Below, one piece after another: positions 12,573 through 26,680 of a stretch of DNA of 64,000 nt. Below the pieces are notes generated by a model. That model did not search any database, was not told the DNA's origin, and saw only the letters and a program-made list of their open reading frames with translations. Source of the DNA: Epiperipatus broadwayi (taxonomy: Eukaryota > Animalia > Onychophora); NCBI GenBank assembly GCA_028023455.1, contig JAQFVV010000003.1:11470001-11534000 (forward strand). The letters are read 5' to 3'. Every line of letters starts with the position of its first letter. Position 1 is the stretch's first letter. A program made the position numbers and the translations under genes.

Positions 12573-15039
12573 GCGTGTGTGATGTGCTTTTCATGGTGGT
12601 ATCACAGTTTCAATATCGATTGTCATTAGGTTAGCATATGCAAGTACTGTACATCTGCTTATAATAAGAAAAAAATCCAAAATAAATATAAAATAGATGA
12701 GAAAATTAAATAAAAAGAAAAGCTTAAATATGTAAAATAATATCAATAGTTATAATTTTCGGTGTTTATAAAGTCAAGCTAAGCTTTTATAAATAAAAAT
12801 AAAATTTGACATTAAACAGGGAAACTAAGCACATTACATAGCCCATCTTAATCATTTGAATAAGGCGTATACATTCTTACACAAAAAGAATAGATGCTTA
12901 TTTGTTGTAAAGGTGTATGGGTTCATGCATTCATAGTCTGAAATTATTTATAATTATACAATAAATTTGTAATTAAAAATGTAATAAATTAAATTTCAAT
13001 TTAGAATAATTAAATTCTATAAACAATGTAAATAAAGATAAATCTCTATTGATAAAAATAGAGTAATTATTGATCAAATAATCATAATTTTAAATATATT
13101 TATCTTGTAAGTTGTTATTGATTAATAGTATCCTCCCACATTAAACTTTTGGATACCCAATTAAATACAGTTAAGAAAAATATTACTTCACACTCCTGTT
13201 TTTTTTTCCAGTGGATTTCAGTTGTTTTAAATCTTTTTCTACAAAATAGCAGAAAAGAACATGTCTTACAGAAAATATAAAAAGTGGATAAATAGTTAGG
13301 ATTTGCCAATAACTTAAAATATGCATTCACCATCTAAGACTCATCTCAATTCAAAATTCTCTTTCTCTATGCTCAACAAAAAATCTTAAGTCCAAGAATT
13401 ATAAAATAAAACATGACATTCTTATAATAAAGTTCCAGAAAAACTTATTTTCCAAATCCAACAATAAGGCCATAATTGCTGCAATCATCTGCTTCATAAG
13501 TTGAATTTAATAGCTATTGATTTATGTACATATGGTAAAACCCAATCCATAAACAGACAATTAATGACTATCAAATTTGCAATAAAAAGGCAAAATTGGA
13601 GGGCTTAATAAAACTACAAGTAAATCTATTTCCTGGTTGAAATTCTTATGAGTTTCATTATGATATTTTGTAAATAGTTTAAGCTCTCTAAAAAATCAAT
13701 ATGCTTATTAAATATTTTTTATATAGAATGGAATATTTAAGTTTGCACGTTTAGTGTCAAGACCAGCATTTTTGAAAAAATGAAGGAAAAAAAAGATGAT
13801 TTTTTCCTAAAAATATGTATTTTTATAATTAAATTTTATTAAAATTTTTCTTCAATGTGTACAGTATTGAATATCCTAGTTGTAAAATATTAAGAGAGAA
13901 ATATATTTAAAGAAAATCAGGCTAGTTTTCAGTTAGTTCTTCCTTTTGAAGTGTAAATTTGTCTCTGTTTATTTCTTTCAAATATTAAAATCACAAGAAA
14001 ACATATTTCAAAAATTCATAAGAAATACAATATGAATTCTACAAAAATGATTTCTTGAATAGCTACAAGAAGTTTCATTACTTATCAGATGCCACAAAAT
14101 GCACATTTATTTAATGAAAGCTGTTGTTGCTAAAGAACCTTAAAAGTCTACCAGTCAGTAAAAAAAATCATTCATCCAAATTCATTTATGTTAGAATGCC
14201 AAGCAAAATCTAGTTAAAATCTTCAAGATGCAAGATGTAAAGTTTATTTCATTATCCACATATATTGCAAATACTGGAGAATGCTTATATCCTACACATC
14301 CTTCAAGTCAAAGTGATAAGATACACTATTTAAAAGTAAATGAAGATCTTTCATGTGTTTGTTTTGCTTACATTAACATGATCAATGGTTTATACAAATA
14401 AATGTTTTATATTTTATTTTGCATGATAAAAATTTATCAGTAATAAATTAAAGAAAAAAGCACATTTTAAATAAGATAAAATTTATTAAGTAATCAATGT
14501 AGAAATTATATTTTAAAATTATTACACAATAATAAACATTAGCATAAAACTTGTCTTGAATATAATACTTATTGCTTGAATTTTTACATTTAAAAAAGAA
14601 ATAATATCGAAGTTAAAACATGCTAAAATTAAAATCAAAATTTTAAATCTTTATAAAAGATAAAATCATTCAAATTAAATAAATAAAATATTTAATTTAA
14701 TATAACAGTACAAGATGGAATACATAAGTGTGTGCTTGTAATAAAATGTATTAAATGAATCTTTCATTGAAAATTATTCCTGTTATTAATGTGTTAAATT
14801 ATTGAAATTGGTAAGGCAATGTTTAAATACAGATTCCAATGCTGTCAGAATCATGAAGTCATTTACAAAATGGACAAAGTGTGCTAGAAATCCATGTGCA
14901 ACTTAAAACAAATACACTACAGTGAAGTGGCAAATTATGTTGTATCAAAGTACTCAACTTCAATTACACACTACTCAAAAAAAATGTAGACAAACAAAAA
15001 TGTAAAAAAAATCAAATTTAATATATTTTATGATCTCAA

Positions 15040-15240
15040 GCAGCCATTTTCTGTATCTGAGCATCACATCTGAAAAAAATAAAATTTGTAAATAAATTTT
15101 AAATCATTCCAGCAGACATTTTTCTATCTCAGAGCATCACATACGATCAGGTTCATTAATAAAATTTCTTTGGTTTATGCTGGAACCACATACATTTTTT
15201 TATTCCTTTATTCTTCTTTCTGAATTTGATTTGCAGTCCT
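15040..15240 (-). pseudogene. Possible LINE AP-endonuclease C-terminal fragment
   Basis: Minus-strand translation CMWFQHKPKKFY..SYVML resembles the RTE segment NTWF.H.P.R.YTW...IDY.M. Several stops. Confidence 0.3.
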
Positions 15241-15889
15241 TTGAGTAAAAAAATATTTTCTAAATATAATGCTAAAAGTTTTACAAAATTTTAGAAAATA
15301 ATTAAATTAATAATGATTTAAAAACATCAAACAATTAGAAAGATCATAGTTTCTTGATAAAGGAACTAGTCTACTATATTTCTATAAAAGAAAAGTTATT
15401 GGAAATATATATAAATATTACCCATGAAAGTCAGACATTTTGCTGTTTACTTTATTTAAACAATAAAAATACAATACAGTAAGTTTTTCTCCCTTTATTC
15501 TTATTTTTCAGTGAATGAAAAATATATGTAAATGTGTCCCCTCAATTTATTATTAATAACTATCTAATTATTATTTTTTAAAAATGTTTGTTTATACCAT
15601 AATTTTAACTTATATATGCATGCTATATATATATATATAAAAACACATCTGCATTATTTATATGTGCACATTGAAAAATAAATAAATTTCACTAAAGATA
15701 AACAGTAATTTTGTTTATACATATATATAGTTCTGCCTTTAAAAAATAATCTATTTCATACAACATCAATATGACTACATGAAAAATATTATTAAAACTT
15801 ATAAATATAAACATTTTATTAAATGCATATTTCTTAGTATTATAAATGTGAAAGAGTTGAATATGTAATAATTGTGAATGTTTAATCAA

Positions 15890-16130
15890 TGATAAAATAT
15901 GTTGTTAAAACAGGCAAAACTCTCCATACAGTAGTGCCACTCACTGCCAACCAGAGTAATCAATGGATGCCAGAAGGCTTGTGCATAAAATCCATATCTA
16001 GTGCCTACTCATCCAATATCCCCATACTCTGGTTGGCACTGAGTGGCATTACTATATGAAGAGTTTTGTCTGTTTTAATAACAGTGATATGTTAGCATAA
16101 GAAATAGTGATCATGTGATAAAATATGTTG
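15890..16130. mobile_element. Small fold-back element flanked by 15-bp direct repeats
   Basis: 59-bp inverted arms at 15900-15958 and 16025-16083 (6 mismatches). TGATAAAATATGTTG at 15890-15904 and 16116-16130. Homologous to the 54145-54233 insert. Confidence 0.75.
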
Positions 16131-17191
16131 GTTATCTCATGACAAAATTGTCATTTCAATAAACAAATATGACAGAATGATAAATAAATTAAATGTCTTA
16201 CTTTACTTTTAGACAGATAACAGTATATAAGTTCATTATATTGCATCCATAAATTATAATTTGAGATAATGCTAATGATTTTTCTTTGCGTTCAGAGAAA
16301 ACTTACTTATATGTTATGCTAGTCTAGGCAATTAATTATAATATGGATCAGGTAGATTTAATTTAATTTTATTCACCAAACATCATTGTAATCATTGTTT
16401 TAATAAATCACATGAATTGTTAAATCATATCAAAATTTTGTGTCACCATTGATAATACAAGAGATAGGAAAAGGTTTATTAAGTTTTATAGTTAAAAATT
16501 CTTATTTTAGTCATTAAATTTAATATTTTAATTTTATTTTGTTATATTATTAATAAATCTGCTAGTTTTAATTAAAAGTGTTGGAGAATGTTTATTGATC
16601 TAGAAAGTCCACAAGTCATTTAACTCATTTGTGTAAAAAATTACCCATTTTGAATGTAAAGAAAATAAATAAAATATTATAAAAACCCAATAACCTAAGA
16701 CATATGCCAACCTTAATAGAATCAAACTAGATGAATCTCTCATTTTTATAACCTAAGATAGGATTATAATCTGACCAATCACATAATTCAAGATCTGAGG
16801 TATATATAATAAAAGTTTAAGATGAGGGTAATAATGAAGCCTTTAGATAGAAAAAAATATTAATATGAGAGTTATATACATTAAAATATATTATGAGCAG
16901 ATGAAGTATTTATTTAAAATTCATGATTCTATCCATGATATTTGGGGCTAACTTTTAGTTTGATAGTGTAAGGTAATCATGTATACTTTCTCTGATGTGG
17001 CAATATTTCTCATACATTCCATGCTAATATAAATAGTATAATTTTTTTTTTCTTTAGAAATACATTTTCCTATAGATGATACAAATGTAATGATTTTGAT
17101 CATTAACTATATATATATACCTATTCATAGAACAAATAAGTACCAATACATTACTAAAATAATTCAGAAGTAAGATTCCCAAGAATTATTT

Positions 17192-17329
17192 AAACAAACT
17201 TGTAAAAACACCCATCTTTTGTTCTATTAATGCCAATCTATTTTGTTAGATTGAAGATAATCTTTCATCTGACAAAACAGATTGGCATTGATATATACCA
17301 AAAAGTGGGTGTTATTTACAAAATTGTTT
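17192..17329. repeat. Long palindrome/hairpin (MITE-like)
   Basis: About 65-bp imperfect arms, including a perfect AATGCCAATCT/AGATTGGCATT pair, with a loop of about 3 nt. Confidence 0.8.
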
Positions 17330-17615
17330 CAATGACACTTTGAAAATCTTCCTGGTGAATTATATTAGAATGGTGATCATGTGATATTTGATGAATTATC
17401 TCAGTAATGTATTCAGATTTGTTTGTTCTGCAAACAGGTTCATGTTCTTAAAATTATATATTTGATATGCTATACATTTATATATATGTTTATGAAAATC
17501 ATTAGAAAATATAAAATTAATAACATCTATTGTGACTAAGATATATTTTTTAGAAAATTGGTCATAATTGACAAAAAACTGATAAATAAAAAATTGCATC
17601 TAAAATTTATAGTCT

Positions 17616-17701
17616 AAAAACATTGATTGTGATGACATAAGGTGTTCATTGATGTCAAAAACATTGATTGTAATAACATAAGGTGTTCATTGATGTCAAA
17701 A
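17616..17701. repeat. 41-bp tandem duplication
   Basis: AAAAACATTGATTGT(G/A)AT(G/A)ACATAAGGTGTTCATTGATGTC twice. Confidence 0.9.
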
Positions 17702-19828
17702 TAATTCTCTAAGCAGATTCATAGAGAAATAATTTATAATGAGAGAATATGAGTATTAATTTGGGAACAATTATTACAATAAATAAAATGGTAATAATAA
17801 AACAAATTATTACAGATACAAAGAATTTCCAGAAAACTATGCAAATTATAAAATTTTTGCATCTGAATTCAATATATTAACATGAGAATCTTAAAATTAT
17901 AAAATGTCGAACATTGATCTGGTGAGAAAATCACTATAAATGTCCATTAATTAATAATAAAAAAAACACTATTTGAAAGTGCAAAAGTAAATATTGTACT
18001 CTTATTGATAAATAGAGTGCTAAAAATCATACAATCTATTAATTAAATGCCCATATTTGCGATTTTACTGAAATATAAAAGCAATAATTCCCAATGTGTC
18101 TGAATAATCTAATCCCAATTTAAACAAAAATTAAAAATTTGCATGATGTGAACTTTACAAATTATTAAAAAAGTAATTTTCATCTGGGGTATTCATAGAT
18201 TTTTAAAAAAAAGTTTTAATAGTGAAGAGTTTGAAATTCAATAAAACAAGTGTAAAAGCAGGAAAACCTTAATCAGTATATGAGATGGTAACTGTTCTGA
18301 TTCATTTTATAGTAAAGTAAGTAATAGAATACTAAAAGCATTAAAAATGCATAATTGCTATGAGGATTACTTTATTCTAATTTTTACAGTTAGATTAAAC
18401 CAATATAAACTAAGATCTTTTGGAGATATGGATTTAAAAATGGATCTTAATAGATGAATTACATAGTCAAATGTTTAGAAATATGCCCAGTTAAAGAAGA
18501 TTGCTGGAAATGGTCTTTTAAGTATATTGAAATTTCAAAAATAAAATACATGAATTTGTTACCTTAGTGAAATTGTTTGTGGATGTTCTCAAGAAGAAAT
18601 TTAGCAATGTTCTAGTAAATAAATAAATAATTGTACAGTAAATTGTCATGTGATGCATGAACACTCTATTTAACAGTTACATTCAGTTAATATAAAGAAG
18701 TTTTTTTACATTGTTCAGTTGAGAATTAATCATCAAACCTTTAGCTAGAAGTCCATCACTAAGTGGCACAAGTAATGCCTCTAGTAATAATAAATGTAGT
18801 GAAAAAATTGAAAATCTACTCTTAAAGAACAATAGAATCATTAGGCATTAAATTCTATATTTCCTGAACTGATTAATCAATATAAACATAGTATATAACA
18901 AATACGATTAATGATAATGCTATGCCGGTCAAATTCCATTATTATTTTAAATTTATGCAATTTCTTTAGTAGCAACAAATTATTTAGACATATATGATTG
19001 TGCAAAAATGTTAAGCTGATTAAACAACAGTATAAATACCTTTCTGAAAAGAAGCTAAAAGTTGACTCAGTTAAAGGTTCTTTGGAATCCAGTTAAATTG
19101 TAATCAAGTCAGTAAGTAGTACAACTATTTTTAACATGATCAGAATAGCATCTATATATGTATAATGCCTTCTTCATAATCTCTCTTCATTTTTGTATAT
19201 CGTTTGCAATCACAACTGAGTGAATACCAATTACTTCACATAATTGTTCAAAATCATCTGTTTATGTTTAATAGGGTTTCCTCTTTTTATTTATGCTTTG
19301 TATAATAGCAAAAAATTTGTTTTTTAAAATTGTCGTTGACATAATTTGTTTTATAAAAAATAACAATGTCACATAGCATATGACTGCCTAGCAATGATTG
19401 AAATTAACTAGTAAGAAGTCAGCTTTAGGACAGGATTGGATTATTATTCTGTTGAAGACTTGTGTGAATGTTTTCAATATTATCAGTGTCCTTCATTATA
19501 ATATAGCTCTTCTCATTTTAAGATTCAAAGAGACAATAATTGCAAATAATTTCAATAAAACAGATAAAACATATTTAATTATTAGATTTGGGGCAATTTC
19601 ATTATATTCATTTATTTAACTTAAATTTGATAGTAATTTTTAATAATTATATTCATCCTTAATAATTAGCTCATGGAAAAAACAATGAACTCTTGAAAGA
19701 TGTGCAAAACAGCTCCACCACAGATTGAACATATATAAATGTGTCAGTGTGTACGTTTAATAATTAGTAATAATTTTACTTTTTATTTCAAAATTAAATT
19801 ACACAGATTAAAATCAATATTTTTTTCT

Positions 19829-19939
19829 TCTTTAATTAATATAAAATTAGGTAATCCCTTCATTTATTTATTTAAATAAGGTTTTCTTTAATTAATATAA
19901 AATTAGGTAATCCCTCCATTTATTTATTTGAATAAGATT
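19829..19939. repeat. 56-bp tandem duplication
   Basis: TCTTTAATTAATATAAAATTAGGTAATCCCT(T/C)CATTTATTTATTT twice. Confidence 0.9.
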
Positions 19940-19965
19940 AAGCTAAATATTTAAAAATGTGGGGT

Positions 19966-19996
<31 letters not shown>

Positions 19997-20989
19997 AAAA
20001 AAAAAGTATTAACAGAAAACTTATTAAAATAAAAATACCTCCAAGAATTCTCATTTATTGCTTTTTTAAAAATTTTTTGTCAACTTTCTAAATTCTTAAA
20101 ATACTTAATACTTTGCAGCTATGATAATTATATTATATAACTATTATTTCTTTTTTTTTTCCCCATACACTTTTCAACACACACACAAACAAACTCATTA
20201 AAATTGTACATACATAAATTATCATAATTAGTAAAATATTAAGACATCATGCTATTAAAAAATAAATATTATAAAAGGAATGTATAACAGTTTATGTAAA
20301 CTTTTGTGATGCAAATTAATGAAATATATATAATAACTGTCTAAACTGGGTAAAAATTTGGAGATTTTTTTAGGCTTCACACAGGCTTAAAAGTTTTTAA
20401 AGAGTTGATCCAGAACCAATCAAGTTAGTTATCTAATTATTGGTCATTACACAATTATATAGCTATTAATTGCTACATATATCATATAGTAGCAAGCTAA
20501 GTGGGTAATATTTTCTTAACTATTTCTCTTCATGGAGCTGTTAGAAAGATATTTGCTCTTCATCCCACCAAATTATTATTACTATTTGCATTTAATAAAA
20601 TATTCTATTTTCACAATAACTTCAATTTCCTTTAGCAAAAATAAAATATTATATGTTGCAATAACTCATAAGTTACAAATTTTGACAGATGTATTTTAAA
20701 TTTGAACTTTTGATTACAGGTTTATAATTACATTCACCATAGAATTACAATGATATGTAAGGAAATAGAAAAATAACACATTCTCTAACCATTTATTCTA
20801 TAATATATATATACAACATATTGTAGATACATTTCTTTCTCTTAACAAAGTGAATAAATAAAAAAGTATTGCATGTATATTAAAAATAATTATTAGTGGT
20901 TTGAAAATGTTAAAACTGAACCAGAGTAAATAAGTGCATGCAGTCATGGAACTTATTTTGATCACTGCCTCTAGAAAAATATATATATA

Positions 20990-21832
20990 TATAAAATTAC
21001 CCCAAATCCAAAACTCACCCAGACCAGCAAAAATAATATTAAACACAACCAAAGGTTTCACTGCTACAAGCAGACTTCTCAAATCTTAAGAACTACAAAA
21101 ACTACACAATATATATATTAAACATTACCCACAAATCCATTCACTTCCCATCCACCCTTAATATTAAAAGAACTCTTAAATAAGTTAATTGCTTCAGAAT
21201 AATAAATTTTCAATAATAAAGATTCTTTAATTCTTCTTTTGATTTCATTTACCTTAGCTTCATCAAAATTAATAGTGTGACCTGTATCTTTTTCATGGAC
21301 AAACAAAGCAGAACTAAGATATTTATTTTTAACTTTACTTTTATGAACCTTTATTCTTTCATTTAAACTCAAACTACTCTGACCTATATAGACCTTCTTA
21401 CAAAATAAACAAGGGATAAAATATACTACACCAGGAATAGTCTTTCTATCAAAAATTTCATAAAAGTAGAGTTAAAAATAGATATCTTAGTTCTACTTTG
21501 TATGTCCATGAAAAAGATACAGGTCACACTATTAATTTTGATGAAGTTAAGGTTGTCTTGTTTGAGAGAAATTAAATCAAAAGAGGAATTAAAGAATCTT
21601 TATTATTGAAAATTTATTATTCTGAAGCAATTAACTTATTTAAGAGTTCTTTTAATATTAAGAGTGGATGGGAAGTGAATGGATTTGTGGGTAATGTTTA
21701 ATATTATATATATTGTGTAGTTTTTGTAGTTCTTTACACTTGAGAAGTCTGCTTGTAGCAGTGAAACATTTGGTTGTGTTTTAATATTATTTTTGCTGGT
21801 CTGTTTTAATTTTGGATTTGGGGTAATTTTAG
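20990..21832. mobile_element. Penelope-like element 3' end duplicated in inverted (tail-out) orientation
   Basis: The minus-strand copy (21445 to 20990) encodes GVVYFIPCLFCKKVYIGQSSLSLNERIKVHKS...SALFVHEKDTGHTINFDEAK (GIY-YIG). The plus-strand copy (21457-21832) is its near-identical reverse complement. (TA)n lies at both outer ends. Confidence 0.9.
21736..21779 (+). ncRNA. Hammerhead-like motif, U3-A8 core variant
   Basis: ACAC-TTGAGAA-G(T)CTGCT TGT AGCAG T-GAAAC ATTTG GTT-GTGT. A second copy on the minus strand near 21047-21090 has a disrupted helix I. Confidence 0.5.
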
Positions 21833-22722
21833 TTATATATATATATTGACTAAGATTAGAATGCTAACTAAATTGGCCAAAGATTGCTTCCTGAAAAAAA
21901 TCATATTTGCTTGAAAATTCTCAATTCATATCAAAAGATGAATCTCAACTCAGGTAATGGCTTTTGTGTAATATTTACATCATTAGGCTTCAACTTCAGT
22001 TCAGTGCAAAATAGCACAATTAAATTATCAGACTTGAAGTCCAAATCATGTTACGATAACATATTTATAATTGCATCAATATTTATGGCAAGCTAACTTG
22101 ATAACAATTTTCCAACAGATTTGAATTTCATATTATTATTATGGTAGTCTATATATTATTTACTACATTTAGAAAGACTTCTGAATACTCACAAACTATA
22201 ACTTCCAAAATCTTTATAATGATATGAAATTTACATATTATATTTAAAGGTATTTAAATTTTAAAGCAGTATATTTGTCTTGCTTTAATTGAAAAGCATT
22301 ATATAATCATTATGGTATTTATCATTCATCTTATGTTCCAAGATTTAAATTCAGCTGGAGTTTACACACCTCTCCATATATATAAAAATTTCCCAAACAA
22401 AGAATAAAAAAATTCTAAATAATTTGGATTAGTCAGACTACCATAGAAAAGAAACACAGATTGTAGCAAGATACAAATTTCATTATAAATGGCTCCATAT
22501 ATCTACAGGAATTAAGTGCATCATTGCTATTTATCTTTTTAAAAGTTATATTCATTACTTTTACATAGTTTACAATAAGACATAACACTTGACACAATAA
22601 TTATTTTTATCAAGAGGATATGATCTAATATATTTGCGAATAAAATCTTAATATTACACAATATTTTTACATAATATCTTAGTCAATTGAAAAAAAAAAT
22701 TTCTTTTTTTATGCTAATTGTA

Positions 22723-22947
22723 ATTTATATATTTAAACATTTTGAACATTTAACCAAGAAAAGATAATGCAGTTTTTATTATTGTTATAATGGACTAAGC
22801 ATGCTTTTGATGTTGCATTGCTTATTGCAGCAAATATGAACACTATTATTCTGAACTTCAAGGTAGAAAGCATGCTCAGCAAATTATAACAATAATAAAA
22901 ACTGTGTTTTCTTTTCTTGGTTAAGCAAAATGTTTAAATATATAAAT
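22723..22947. repeat. Fold-back/MITE-like inverted repeat
   Basis: About 85-bp arms at 22723-22807 and 22867-22947, with a 59-nt spacer. Confidence 0.85.
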
Positions 22948-24610
22948 ATGTTAGTCAATAAAAGATAATATAAAGTATCCCAAAAAATGTTAAACAAGGT
23001 TCTATTTTAGTACATAAAGGTGTGTAAATGGCACATTCTTATAATCAACAATATTTGAAAAGTTAATTATTGAAGTTTTTAAACTAGTGCAATTTAATTT
23101 TTTAAACTTCAATATATATTTATCAATGAAGTGTGATATACTGTTCAAACCACTGAACAAATTCTGTGAAAATATTTATCATATGACATTTATTGATCAC
23201 TATAGATGAATTCTATTTGTAATCATAATCCTTAGTTCATTCAATCAATAAAGTTTTGATAAATAAAATCCCTTTTTTACTAGATTATGTAAAGTTTAAT
23301 AATATTAGATTATTAACCGAATTAAATAAGCAAAAGATTCTTTTCTACAAATCTAAAAACTAAATATTAAAAAATTCATTATTATAAGAAATATTTATAT
23401 AAATTAAGATCTTAAAATTTAAAACTGCACAATGATTTTTATAACATATGCACATAGGTTTTATCTAAGGACTATTGTAATAAATATATTGATCATTTGA
23501 AATTTATTAATTTTTTTTGTTCTGTAATGTATTTTTTAAGGAAAAAGTAATTAAAAATAAAATATTCAATGACACACAGCATATTTACTTATTAATTAAC
23601 TTTATAGTTTTACAATGAATATAATGCAATGAAAATAAAGAAATTTTTAATTTGTGTTCATAACTAAACAATTAAATTATTTTTATTTTGTATAAAGTAT
23701 AATACTATACACAAAAGCTATTCATCGAAGTTATACACTGTCAGTTTGTTATGCATATGATTATAAAAATTGATGATAAAATTCATCATGCTGACATATT
23801 AATACATTGATTGTCTAGGTAAATTAATATTACTAATGGTATAGCATTATTAATTAGTAGCATGCAATATTTTGATAACAGTAATACAATGTGTCACAAA
23901 ATAAATTTTAAAAAAATCAAATTATCATGTTTTGTTTGACTAATATTAATATAAACCCAATAGATAATCTTAAGACTGAATAAGAACATTTGTATTAAAA
24001 AAATTTGTAAAGCCAAACTGCTTTAGCTACTTGTCTGATCACATATATGACAAAATGTTTTTGATATAAGCTAATAACCCTTCAAGATATTTGAAAAATT
24101 GCCTTGTTTTAGTATAGCAAGAAACAATAATATTAAAACACACACAATAGAGAATTTCTGGTGCAGTTTTATGCCACAAATGTGTAAAAACATATAGAGA
24201 TCAAAAATTGCAATCAAAAATGTATGTAGATAGATAATTATTAGTTATTGCTTTAATGATTCAGTTTAGTATATCATATGGCAGAAAGGTGTATACATAT
24301 ATTGCTTTAAGCACATATTAATGTTATATTTTTAAAAAGATATAAAAATTGCTATTAATTGAAACAAAACTTTTGATTCTCCTAGAGATCCTAATGGGAC
24401 CAAGTAAGTGAAATCCTAATGTCGGTTTCATAAACTCTTTTCATTTCCCAATAATAGGATTGTTCACTGATACCCATTAACTGACATGATGAGTTTACTA
24501 AATGCTATATTTGACTTTAAAATGAGACATTAGTCAGATTTTCCTGACAATAGAAGGTATAGGTATATCTATTTGAATGTATATGAATGCTATTTTTTAT
24601 ATTTAAACTT

Positions 24611-26680
24611 CATCATCATTATCAACCATTATCAATTCACTGCAAGTTGGTCTCTCCAAGTTCAATCCATCTCTGATTTCTAGCCTCTCTTTTCCACATC
24701 ACCTCTGCACATTTCCATTTATTTTTTGTCATTTAGCATTCCATTTTAATCCACAAAATATTTCTTGTATATTCTTCTCAATGTTACCTTTCTAATATCA
24801 TTATGCAATTTAATTGTTGCTGTTGCATTTTTATAAATATTTTCCAGAATATGACAATATCTTTGGGTCATATTCTGATAATCCAATGCTTTAATCATTG
24901 AAGAAATGATTATAGAATCAAATGCCTTTTCATAATCTACAAATCCAAATCATAATGGTAACTCATATTCATGGGTCCTTTCTCTAACTTCTCTCAATAT
25001 TTCAATATAATCAGTGTACTAAAAACCATATTTAAATCCATCTTGTTCTTTTGGTTGCTCGAAATCCAATGTTATATGTAAATGAGTTGTAATTATCTTG
25101 GTAAAATTTTTGTATAAAACTGATAAACGACTGATAGATCTATAATTTCTAATATCATCTTTACCATTTTTTTAAATATTAATATTAATACTGCATTCTT
25201 CCAATCATCTGGTACATCTTTATCATTTAGTCATTTGTTATATAACTTTGCCAAAATTTGTCTCTTTCTTCACCTGCTTCTTTTAAGATATCAATTATAA
25301 TTCCATCATTACCTGGAGCTTTTACCTTCTTCATAAATTTAATTGCATGACTCACTTCTTCACTTAAAATTCTGGGCAATTCAGAAAGTATAGTAGTTGT
25401 AGGAGGTACTTTTCCATGTTCTTTATTACTATATAATTCTTGACAGAATTCTTCTACAAATTTCATGATGTCATCTCTCTTTATAGTAATAGTTCCATCT
25501 TTTTTTCTTATTGCTGATATAAGTTTCCTACCAATAACAAAATGTTGTTTTAAACTCTAGAGACTTTCATTCTCTTCTATAGATTTCCTTATTAGTTCAC
25601 AATTATATTTTCTTATGTCATTATCAACCCTTTTTCACACCATTTTACAAAATTGAAGATATTCAATCCTTCTTAATGCAACATTTTTATATATCTTCAT
25701 AGTCCTTCTTTTCTTCACAAATTCTCTAGTTTCAATATAAAATTTTATTGGTCAATTGCTGCTTTTTTCTACCACTTACTTTTGCTGCAGTTTTTAAAAG
25801 TGTATCAATTATTTTTCTATTAATTTCATTAAAATTTGAATCATGTTAATGTTTTTGAAGATTAAAAATATTAATTGTGAATATTGTTTTTCTTAATAAT
25901 TTTTGGCTCTCTAGTTTTGCATTAACATAATCTCACTAATCAATAATCACTTCCTGTGTTAAATTTATTAAGAACAATACAATCCTGAAATACGTATTTT
26001 CTGTTAGTCAAAATATAATCCAATTCTGCTGTACCTTCATTTAGATATTTCCATGTCCATTTCCTTTTAACATTTTTCTCAAAAAAAAAGAAGAATTCAT
26101 AATATAATTTTTTTCCTTTTCGGCAAACTTCAAAAGTCTATGTTTTTTCTCATTCCTATTACCATAACCAAATTTACCTATTGCACTTTCATCTTTCAAT
26201 TGTTTACCAATTCTGGCATTAAAGTCTCCCATAACAATTTTAAAATGCTGTTTGGTCTGATCAAAAGCCTTTTGTACATCCACATAAAAATCCTCTACTA
26301 CTTCATCACTATGAAAATTTGTTGAGACATAAACCTGAATTACCTGAATTTGATATTTGCTATTAAGTTGAATAACTAATCGTCATTCTGTATGATACTC
26401 AATCAATTTCAACAATGTTGTTCTTCCCCCCTTTATTTATAATGAATCCTTCTCCACTTGTACTTCCAATATTTATGCCTTTGTAATAGAGTACATGTCC
26501 ACTTTTTAAATCAATTGTCTCTTTACCATTTCTTCTAACTTCACAAAGTCCAATAATATCCCATTTAATATAAGACAATTCTTCTTCCAATTCTTGCAAT
26601 CTTCCTTCCCTTGAAAGTGATCTGCAATTGTAAGAACACAAATAAACGGTCGATATTATTTAAGAAGCTGTAAAGTTGTG
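24611..26680 (-). mobile_element. RTE-clade LINE, degenerate and internally deleted
   Basis: APE N-terminus (CSYNCRSLS...WDIIGLCEVRR), VMGDFNARIG and RT N-terminus (KAPGNDGI). Jumps near 24765 to the family 3' end with a GAT-repeat tail. Confidence 0.9.

Noticed and set aside
17616-19939. Short direct repeats as a possible CRISPR array
   Set aside because: They are two-copy tandem duplications without spacers, in a eukaryotic context with no cas genes.
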